Part shown: positions 53,908 through 64,000 of the stretch, one piece after another
Numbering within the stretch: position 1 is the first letter of the stretch
Layout: each line of letters opens with the position of its first letter
Assembly (NCBI RefSeq): GCF_037042905.1
Contig: NC_087251.1
Location: forward strand, 29,762,001-29,826,000
Source of the DNA: Lytechinus pictus
Lineage: Eukaryota
DNA length: 64,000 nt
Reading direction: 5' to 3'
Made by a program: the position numbers and the translations under genes
Notes under the pieces: model-generated
What the model saw: only the letters and a program-made list of their open reading frames with translations
What the model was told of the DNA's origin: nothing
Databases searched by the model: none

Positions 53908-54074
53908 GACGGATTCAAGAATACGCGTCAATTGCCAATGACCAGCTGGGAAGTCTTTGTCGAAAATTGGTGAACCGCAACAGCAATTTCGTCCTTAGTT
54001 TCAAAAGATATGTCGTTTGTCCAGAGTCTAGGACGAAACCATTGCTTTGATTCACCTATTCCCGACAAAGACTT
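53908..54074. repeat. Old dispersed repeat with internal inverted repeat (copy B)
   Basis: AAGTCTTTGTCGAAAATTGGTGAA / TTCACCTATTCCCGACAAAGACTT. Confidence 0.6.
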
Positions 54075-54958
54075 ATTAGTTGCGCCTTTTTTTTTATAAA
54101 GGGAATTTGACATTACATTTTCTATGTTCTTGAATCGGTCGTGCGTCATGAAGCGAAAACAGTCTTGTGACCGGCAATTGAAAACCGTGCACATAATGGT
54201 TTAACCCTATTGATCTTCGGGGACATATAAGGCCTATGTATGCCCCCATGGCCCTGGGAAGCGGGGGTGATGTGTGTTATTTTCCATAGGCATCACCCCC
54301 TGGAAATCTGGTAGGTATGCCGTAGATATGATAAATGGCAGAAATGTAATGAAAATGAACGACAAGACATTTTGCTTGTCAAATGTCACGGGACCGACAG
54401 GGCTCCTTCATTTTGTAGTGAAGATCAAATTTGCGACGGCCGAGTTCATTATTGTAAATGCATGTCAGACCCGAAATTGCTCAAAATGTCATTATGAACA
54501 AATCAAAAATTCGTAAATGTATCATTATTTTCCCCTTACTAATCAAAACTAAGTTTATTTATTTTTGAACTTATCTTGTTAACGATTTTTAAATGCAAAA
54601 TCCCAAAGAAATACTTACAGGAAATTTAAAAAACAATAAACTACATAAGACAATTAATTCTCATTTTTGTAATGAGCATTTTATGATTTGATTTCACAAA
54701 AATATCTATATCAAGATCTAATTTATTCATAGATTTATAGCCAAAGTCTAATTTCATGAATTGAATTACAAAATAAATTCAGATAAAATGTATAGATTTC
54801 GTTGAATTTATTTATGCAAACACGTGGATTACATCATTTCCTACCAACGTGCAAATTATCGTCATGATCGCATGATTCGCGACCGAAAACCTATGGGGGC
54901 ATAATGCCCTCCTACTTCCTTGTACCGAAAAGACCAAGAATAGCCCGGGACTTCAAGG

Positions 54959-56395
54959 TTAGGCCGGTCCATCCTTGGTAGAGAAGTTATCGACGTCAGG
55001 ATCATCGAACATCGCTTTACTTTGGACCTTTCCCCCTACAAACAAGTCCTTGACTGCATTGCGGAACTCCTGGTAACGGATGCTGTAGATGATGGGGTTG
55101 ATGCTGGAATTGACAGCAGCTAGGATCAGGGCGCCGTTGGCAATCTGAGAATTCGCTTGGATTTGATAACGGAGCACTGTTTTAAGAAAGAAAATCACTT
55201 TAAAGGGAGTCCAGCAAACAAGGTATGCTATGATAACGATGAGCATCAGTTTAATAACAGCTCTGCTCGCGGCAAGATGGTGTGATTTAGATCCTCTCAA
55301 GCGCTTCGACTGGGCTTTGAGCTTGACTGCTACACTCTTAAAAATGTTGGGCAACATACGGTCCACACAACAATTGGTTAAAACTTTATCCAATTCTGGG
55401 TAGTTTTACACCAATAATGTGTGCTTTGGGTGAAAACTACACAGTATTGGTGTAAAACTACCCAGAATTGGATAAAGTTTTAACCAATTGTTGTGTGGAC
55501 CGTATGTTGCCCAACATTTTTAAGAGTGTATTAAGGTTTGGGTAGCAACCATAATGATGGCTGGTATGAATAGTTGAATGGTTAGAAAGTAAAGAGCAAA
55601 CGCCATGTCAACCGCATATGTCATTTCCACAACATCACATCGACGCTTCGCTTTGTCCACATCAGCTATGAAGTAACCGGGGATGCAAAGCAACATTGAT
55701 AAGATCCATAAAATCACAACCACCTCAGATACTCGCCGTTTGGTTAAAATCCTGTTAAAGTAGATGGGATGAGTGACCGCGATGTAACGCTCAATAGAGA
55801 TGGCGGATAGCACAAACCCTGACAGGAATGTCCACGCCAACATGTAGGCCGGAAGCCATACCAGTTTGCAGTAGACTCGTCCGAGCCAGGATACCGGAAC
55901 ACCTTTGGCATATGGAACAGGAAGCAGCCCAACCGAGGTCAGGAGATCTGCCGCCGCAAGTGCGCCTATGAGTGTGTCGGTAGATCGGCTCTTAGCGCGC
56001 CGCTGAAAAAGAACAATGATTATCAGAAGGTTACCAATGATCCCGATCACCCCGACGACTAGCTCTCCAAGAGTGACCCAAGTCCAAGATATCGAATACC
56101 AAGACCATGAGCCAACCTTATCTGTATCATCAGCAGGGTATTCAGACCTTGATGTCTCAGTATCCCATATATCTTCAAGTTCTTCATGAAGCGTGTTATT
56201 CAGACCTATCAAGGAATCCCCGTTTTCATCTTCCAGCGCGAGTCCTTTAACAGTTGCGTCAGGGCTACCACCAGGAGTAACACTTGTTCCCCAATCGCTC
56301 TCAGTTGTCCCCGAAGATGTCAGGGAGACAGCTTCCACACTCATTGCTAATGAGAGAGAAAGATACAGCAGTTGCACTAAACCAGTGAGATCCAT
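54959..56395 (-). pseudogene. Intronless rhodopsin-like (class A) GPCR, orphan/galanin-allatostatin-receptor-like, interrupted by a MITE (412 aa when the MITE is removed)
   Basis: GN in TM1, LAAAD, ERY, TM4 W, FIP, CWTP, NSSINPIIY and helix 8 FRNA. Deleting 55331-55528 joins QTLI to AVKLKA in frame. No other frame-disrupting lesions seen. Confidence 0.93.
55333..55528. mobile_element. 196-bp MITE, CACT termini (CMC/EnSpm-like), inserted in the GPCR CDS
   Basis: Perfect 84-bp TIRs (55333-55416 / 55445-55528); TA duplicated at 55331-55332 and 55529-55530. Confidence 0.95.
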
Positions 56396-56869
56396 GGACC
56401 TTATGACAGATAAAAGAACCTATTAGGACAAAGAGATTGAAGTTGTGGATTAATATTGCTACTTTCAGCTAGTATAGGGCCAGGGGGTTGCTGAACGGGG
56501 GGGGGGGGGACTTCCGGCCTAGCCCCCACTTCCGTTCTCATAAAATTCTTACTTTGAATGACTACACCAAGCTTAATTATTTGAGAAGGATGCAATATCG
56601 AAGAAAAACACGATGAGAGCGAGAGCGTTAACAAATAAAAGATGGGAATTAAAACATGTGAAAAAATTAATGAATCTGATATAATTGCAATTAATTCATA
56701 AATTTTTCTGCATTCCTCTCTTTTCCCCTATATCCCTTTTTTGTTCTACTTTATGTCTTGGGGGAACCTAGAATCTTTCCAGGTAATTTTCAGGAAACAA
56801 AAAATTGCAGGTTCATGAAATCCAAAACTCGAAATGTACACAATATCTGAATGTAAAGATTTTGAATAC

Positions 56870-58520
56870 TAAACCTTTGACTTATATAATTATTCAATAT
56901 ATCATTATCAACTGATACATTTCCAAGCAAACTTAAAATAGCATGGATTATCCCTGTTTTTTTAAAGATGATTGTAATTTATTTCAGAATTATCGACCTA
57001 TATCTTTGTTGCCCTGTATATCAAAATTACTAGAAAAATGTGTTTGTAATCGAGTCTATGATTTTCTTACAAAACATAAAATACTCTCAGATTGTCAATT
57101 TGAATTCAGACATAATTACTCAACCACACATGTTTTAGTTAATTTGCAGGGCAATGTGACAATGGCAATTAAAAATAATAAATTTTGTATTGGAATTTTT
57201 TATGGATTCATCAAAAGCATTCGATAAAGTAGACCATTCGATACTTTTTTTCAAAATTACATCATTACGGGATACGTGGTACTCCTTTTAACTTTTCTTT
57301 AAAATCAAAGCTCCATAGAAAATGATTTGCAATATAATCTGTTTAACATGTCTTCTTCTGATTTCAGCAATATTTCACGTGGAGTGCCACAGTGATCCAT
57401 TCTCGATCCGTTACTATTTTTAATTTACATCAATGATTTGACCAAATCTTCCCATGTTTTCAATATATTATTTATGCCGATGATACAACTCTCATTTATT
57501 ACCAGTCTGCTTTGGAAAATGTTGAATACCAAATTAATAAAGGACTACTAATAGTAGTGTGGAATATACTTTTATTCAATCTTAGTAAAACAATGTTTTG
57601 TTTATTTCATAATAAGAATTACAGGTCAATCATCCTTGATGAAATTCAAAATCGAATGTTATTACTTTTCCTGAAGCATTATCGGACTGTAATTGCAATA
57701 TAATCTGTTTAACATGTCTTCTTCTGATTTCAGCAATATTTCACGTGGAGTGCCACAGTGATCCATTGATGCGCATATAGATTTTATAACAAAGAAAATA
57801 TCCAATCGACTGGTATTATACATGTATAAATTAAATCTTAATGTGCCCTTCCCTACACTGTTAAAAATACCCTGATTTTTACAGGAAAAAAAGAAAATTT
57901 TGCAGAAAGCAATAACAGAATCATTCTGTAAATTCATAAAACAGGAATTTTTCTGCAATTTAACAGAACAGGTCTGTTTAAAAAGGAGAAAAGGGTGTTT
58001 TTTAAAGGAAATTTGTAAGATTCCATACACCAAGTACCAATTTCCTGTAAGATTACAGGTGTTCTCGAGACTCTGCTGCAGGAACTTCTTTTATTTTAAG
58101 GATGATTTTTTTCTAACAGTGTATACAACACTCTCATATCGCCATATTTGACTTACTGCATAGGTGTCTTGGGAAATTAATCTCAAGTTAAACTTGAAAA
58201 TTTGTTTAAGTTGCAAGAGAAGGCTTTACGTATATGTACAGGTAGTGAATATTATGCCCTTCCTGCTCCTCAGTTTTTTTTCGTTTAAAAACTGTAAATA
58301 TCTTTTATTTATTCAATTATCATATCACATTGCTTGGTTTTCAATATTTTCAAGAATTATTACAAAATATATTACCCATATTCTCAACAATCAAATTCAT
58401 TCCCATGAAACGAAACTCCGTAACTTGAAAGTAAAAATAACGCTGTCAAAAAAAATTGTTAGAAATACCCTAACAATAATTTAGAAACTATGCGTTTAAT
58501 AAATCCAATTCCAGTAAAAA
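56870..58520 (+). mobile_element. Degenerate CR1/L2-clade LINE RT fragment
   Basis: NYRPISLLPCISKLLEK, SKAFDKVDH, GVPQ*SIL, LLFLIYIND, with stops and frameshifts. Confidence 0.88.
57856..58121. mobile_element. 266-bp CACT-ended MITE inserted in a LINE relic
   Basis: TA|CACTGTTA...TAACAGTG|TA. Confidence 0.8.
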
Positions 58521-59964
58521 ATTTAAAAAAAAACGGCTAAAACTTAATTTGTATTCAAAGTATCAATGATAATTCACCAACCCGTTTTCTTCTTTATATC
58601 TTGTTCATCCTTTCTTTTGTTTCTTTCTTCCTTTTTAATCCCTTTAACTTTCTGATGTATAACCTTTGTTCTAAAATATCAATATGAATTAAATATTTTC
58701 GTGAGAACTTTATAATGGGCAAAATGTAACTAACATATATTAATTAAGTTAAAAACTGTTGGTATAGTTGATTACTTGAGAATTCATTGGAAAAAAAATT
58801 CGCATGTTCTACTTTGATGTTTGGTGTAATGGAAATCTGTTGTGTGAGTATGACTCGATCGGTACACTTGAAATAAGTAACGTTATAGGCCTAATAAATA
58901 ATAATAATTTTAAAAATATATACTTACCCCTGGTTTACAACGTTGGTAAGTTGATGGGAGTGTGGGTATAGATTAAATGAAATATCAGAAGAGGCGCGTG
59001 AAGAAGTTTTGCATGTCAGAATCTCTGTTCACCGATCTTCCCTACTTTTATCCACATGGGCATCCAATGTAGTACCCACTGGGGTTAATCACTGAAAAAA
59101 AATTGGTTAAATTCTTGCATTTGATTCGCTGAGAAATACTGGTTTATTAATGAAAGAACTGTGTCTCGAAGAAATCATATCACAGTGACTACAATGTTAT
59201 CGAATTCCTGAGGATTCGTCTCATTTTTCGATTGGCTAATTTATGTACGCATGAGCAGATTTCACCATATTTATATTTTCACCGTATTGAATTAAATCTA
59301 TATTATTTCAATAATATTTTTCATTGATTATTCACTTCAATCTATTAAGCATAGGGGATAAGAAGGGGTGATGCCATGATATCTTTACAGGGGGAGGATG
59401 CAACAAAACACCCAATTTTCTCAGATGAATTATTTATGGTCCACCATAGATACATGTTTCATAGTAGACTATTCAGTTATTTTAGTATTTTAATATATAT
59501 ATTTTTAATGTTATTATTATTTGATTTATATTTGTATTCTTTAAATTTTTCCTCCTTTATCACTTGAAAAAAAAATCAAAGTTAAGAGTCTTTTCCTGCC
59601 CCAGCCCCACTTTCGCCATCCGCTGTGAACAACATATTTCCTTAAATGATCAGTGCCCCTGAATGGTTCTTGATTCTCTTGCCTTTGAGGGAAAAAATCT
59701 TTTTGTCAGTTTTATTTCAATTCAGGCCTACCATTTTATTTCAATCAGAAATCATTGCTACTATTATGTGATCTTCCTCTTTCATTTTTACGCTTCATTT
59801 TTCTCCCATTTCACTTATCATGAAAATGATAATGATAATACATTGCACTTGAATAACGTCAAATCCACTCAGTAGAGTGCTCGAGGCGCTCTTCAATATG
59901 ATTTTAAAGGAAATTATATAGAATTGAAAAGAAATGTTTTTAGATGAATGTGTGTGTTTTTTAA

Positions 59965-60361
59965 AGGTCAAGTCCACCTCAGAAAAATGTTGATTTGAAT
60001 CATTAGAGAAGAATCAGACAGGCATAATGATGAAAATTTCATCAAAATCGGATGTAAAATAAGAAAGTTATGACATTTTGAAGTTTCGCTTATTTTTCAC
60101 AAATAGTTATATGTACAATTCAGACATTTGCAAATGAGAGAATCGATGATGTCCCTCACTATTTCTTTTGTTTTTTATTCTTGGAATTAAACATTATTTC
60201 AAATTTTACAGATTTGACATTTTTTTTAAATTAAGCGAAACATAAAAATTTCATCACTTTCTCATTTTACATCCGATTTTTGATGAAATTTTCAGTGTTA
60301 TGCTTGTTGGATTTTTCACTTTTTATTTAAATCAACCTTTTGTTGGGGGTGAACTTGTCCT
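59965..60361. mobile_element. Kolobok-like MITE, same family as 44663 (internally deleted)
   Basis: TTAA|AGGTCAAGTCCACC ... GGTGAACTTGTCCT|TTAA. Confidence 0.9.
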
Positions 60362-60572
60362 TTAAGTTCCAGAAATTAAATGGTTGTCCCACAAGTCTTA
60401 AAGGATGAGTGGGCATTTCCCAAGGTTTTGGGAACTTCTCTAAAGTAACGATAGAACTGGAAATGGGGCATAAGGATCTTGTAGGGGTGTAAGTTGAAAA
60501 CAGAAGACGGGGTTATTAATGATGATGATGATCATCATCAACTTCATCAATATCATCATCATCATCATCACC

Positions 60573-60902
60573 CACTGGCGTACCTAGGATTTTCCAGAAG
60601 GGGAGCAAATTTTTTGGAGGATATTTCGTCCGCGAAAAAAATTGACAAGCAAAAAAAAAGGGTCTTCAACCACAAATAAAGGATTTCTTACCACAAAAAA
60701 CTGAAAGGATCTCTTACCAGAAAAAAATTTGACAAGCAAAAAAAAAAAAAAAAAAGGTCTTCAACCAAAAAAAAGGATTTCTTACCAGGGGGACACGTCC
60801 CCTGTATCAGTTGTGACTCGTCAGGGGGGAGGGATACGTCCCCTGCATGAGTTGTGACTCGTCAGGGGGCAGTCTGCCCCCCCCCCCTTAGCTACGCTAG
60901 TG
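60573..60902. mobile_element. 330-bp hAT-like MITE in a CAT microsatellite
   Basis: TSD TCATCACC on both sides; ends CACTGGCGTACCTA / TAGCTACGCTAGTG; shares internal TTTGACAAGC(A)nGG with the 3706 element. Confidence 0.88.
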
Positions 60903-62129
60903 TCATCACCACCACCATTATCATTACTTGATACTTACTGATATTCATTTAAAGCAAATTGCGGTTATATGTATCATGGATGTATCTCTTAAATAAAAAA
61001 ATAGAGTTACCTTTATCCTTCTGTGATGATTTTACTTTGAATAGAGACATTCAGAGCGAATCATCAATAGACATTCTTTTCATTTTTCCGAGAATCGCTT
61101 CCGCCCGTAATTCATTTACCGCCCTTTCACACGGTAACAAAAATCGTAGTTTGAATGATGATTCCAGTGAAAATTAAGGGCTAATGACGAATTTTAGCGC
61201 GTGTGAAACCTAACTAGAATTACGAACGTTAATCACAGTCACGAATTCAAATTCTACTCCGGAGGTGAATTCCAGTTAAATTTCACTCAAATTACGTTAA
61301 GAATTTTACGTGTGAAAGGCTTGATCTCCAAAACATCTTTTTTTTTTTTTTTGGGGGGGGGGGCGGAGCTTACGTGTCCTTTCAAGCACTTCCGTAGATA
61401 ATACAATTGTCATGCACTCATCGTATCGATGCAGTGCTTCAAGTCACCAAGGGCACATACCGCCTTCGCTCGGGAATTCGAATTCAAATCACAGTTTTGG
61501 AGTGAGCATGTGAAAGGTCCGATGATTCTAAAGACGAATTGCAATAATAAATACAATGATGATTCAAGTGTGAAAAGACCCCTAGATACTAAGGACCCTA
61601 ATATTTAGAATTCAGTACCTTTATACGAGTTTTTAACAATATTTTATCTCTGAAAAAAGAATAAGAAGTATTTTATTTTTCTCAAAGACAAAGTACTCTT
61701 AATGTTATTTTTTCAAAATGCTCTTAATATTTTAGTGCATGAGTCCTTTAATTTTGTTTAAGATGCAAACGATGCTTACATTTCTTTCTTAATATGCAAT
61801 AGGGCAAAGTTTTTTTTTGTAATTGTTAGTTCCTATTCTGTTATTATGAACGCTTTATTTCAAGCTGCGTTTTACTTCAATGAACTATCTTTTATGTTAT
61901 TTAAGGGACTAAATGCTTAAAAAATGTTTATGCTTAGCTGCTATTATGTATAATTATCTGCAAATGTGACACCATTTTTGTCAATGTGAATATTGTTTAA
62001 GGTGATGAAAAATCAAACAACAAACAAACTATTACCACCATGACACCTTCCCACCACTACACCATCATTATACCATTATAATCACTATACCACCTTTGTC
62101 GTCATCAGCGTCAGCATCGTCGTCATCAA

Positions 62130-64000
62130 ATTTAGAATGTATTTGGTTTGAATTGCATTATCCAAACAAGTCTCCAATTCTGGTTGGGGAGTTTTATAGA
62201 CCTCCGAATTCTCATGTTGATTTCTTTGAAGAATTAGACAGAAACTTGGACGCTGCTCTCTTGGAAGATATGAGCAGTATTATTTTGGGTGATTTCAACT
62301 GTGATTGTATGCCACAACAAAATGATGTGAATGGGGAAAAAATAACGTTTTATACAAATATGTACGGGCTGAGTCAGCTAATTGATACTGCTACAAGAGT
62401 TACAAATACCTCTGCCACTTTAATTGATTTGATATTTGTATCAGACAAAGAACTATACAGTGAATGGGGTATATTTGAAACTAGTATAAGTGATCATTAT
62501 ACAATTCGCGATTTCAGTGCTAAGATGTATAAAGATTCCGAATATGCAGAATTTCGTTCATTTAAAAATCTTGATGAGGAATCATTTTATAGTGAATTGA
62601 GAAATATTCCTTGGCAGGTCGTAAAAGATATAGATGATGTTGATGTTGCTTGGGATGTATGGTTGACTTTTTTCAATGATGTAATCAACAGGCACATTCC
62701 CTTTTGTAAAAGGCGGATAAGAAAAAAAGCTTGTCCTTGGATATCTGACGAGGTCGTCAAGCTAATGAAGGAACGTGATAAGGTTCTAAAAACAGCTAAA
62801 GCTAACAAAAATAATGATATTTGGGACACATACATATTTCTGAAAAATAAAGTTATTCATCTCATGAGAAAAAGTAAAAAAGAATATAATGCAAACCAGA
62901 TTTCACAAAATCATAACAATAGTAAGAAAATGTGGAGATGTTTGAGAGAACTTGTGCCCAAGTCATTACCTATTTCTCCCAACACCATAAACGTAGATGA
63001 AACAGATGTGTCGGGCAATGCAAATATTGCTGAAGCATTTAATGAATTTTTCATTTCAAATGCTACTAATATTACTAAGGGCCTGCAAAGGGATACGTCT
63101 CAACAGATAGTTCAAGTAGATGATACAAATGTTGGTTCAATTCACTCTCAATTTGAGCTAAAGTTGATTACAAGAGATTTTGTTTTGAAACAGATTGATA
63201 ATCTAAGTATAGATAAATCAACTGGGGAAGATCATGTCAGCTGCAAACTTTTAAAGATGACAAAAAATGTTATCGCAGAGTCCCTTTGTGATATTATTAA
63301 CAAATCCCTTTCTACTGGAGTTGTTCCTCATGAATGGAAAAAGGCTCGGGTAGTACCAATATTTAAATCTGGTGATATGTCTTCGTTGAATAATTACCGC
63401 CCCATTTCTATATTACCAATCGTGAGTAAAATTTTAGAAAGGGCTGTTCACCAACAGCTAAGTGAATTCTTGGACGTGAATGATTTATTACACCCAAATC
63501 AATCTGGTTTTCGGCCTATGCATTCAACAACTACTGCCCTTGCAAAACTTGTAAATCAGTGGTCGTTAAACATTGATAACAATTTAATTTCTGGAGTTGC
63601 GTTCATAGATCTTCGGAAGGCCTTTGATACCGTGGACCATGAGCTGCTTTTAAAGAAATTAGCTTGCATTGGTTGTAGTAATAGGACTATCACTTGGTTC
63701 AAATCATATTTATTTGATCGACAACAAGTGACACAATTCAAAGGAGCCAAATCGCACCCTTCAATAGTCAAATTAGGCGTGCCACAAGGGTCAATTCTAG
63801 GTCCCCTTTTATTTTCAATATATGTTAATAGTTTACCTAAATGTATTCATGAAGGTATCATAGATATGTACGCTGACGACACTTACCGTCAGTGCGAATG
63901 ATGCGACAGTTTTGGAAGAAAAATTAACTGTTGCATTAAACAAGGTCATGGCATGGATTAAAGATAATCAGCTCGTCCTCAACACTGAAAAAACTTGTGT
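62130..64000 (+). mobile_element. Young 5'-truncated CR1/L2-clade LINE ORF2 (partial APE + RT), runs off the window
   Basis: ~590-codon open frame: YRPP, GDFN, SDH, NYRPIS, DLRKAFD, GVPQGSILGP, YADD. Frameshift just after YADDT; the other frame continues LTVSAND...LNTEKT. Confidence 0.95.

Noticed and set aside
53928..54194. THAP-like ORF (CTVFNC) resembling the 40107-40301 ORF
   Set aside because: Lacks the downstream C..H ligands; similarity is explained by the nucleotide-level repeat
60795..60870. Hammerhead ribozyme (CTGACGA on - strand)
   Set aside because: Lacks the GAAA core and a proper stem II; it is a tandem duplication within a MITE

Overview
AT-rich animal genomic DNA. The repeat families and GPCR type suggest an echinoderm, probably a sea urchin (inference). 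There are two host genes. (1) A complete 5-exon Vsx/Chx10 paired-like CVC homeobox gene on + (CDS 6234-35477, 448 aa when spliced, with eh1 octapeptide, Q50 homeodomain, CVC and OAR). (2) An intronless class-A GPCR on - (56395-54959), split at the TM5/ICL3 boundary by a very young 196-bp palindromic MITE. Removing the MITE restores a 412-aa frame. The MITE supplies both a stop after TM5 and an in-frame ATG before TM6-7. The rest is a layered transposon landscape: CACT-ended MITEs (2-bp TSD), hAT-like MITEs (8-bp TSD), Kolobok-like (TTAA) and Harbinger-like (CWG) MITEs, two tRNA-derived SINEs, three CR1/L2-clade LINE relics, and a 3.8-kb fold-back element, probably Academ-like. Its arms are identical near the tips, diverged inside, and carry nuclear-receptor DR1/IR1 consensus motifs. 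TE superfamily labels rest on termini and TSD signatures only; no database search was run.
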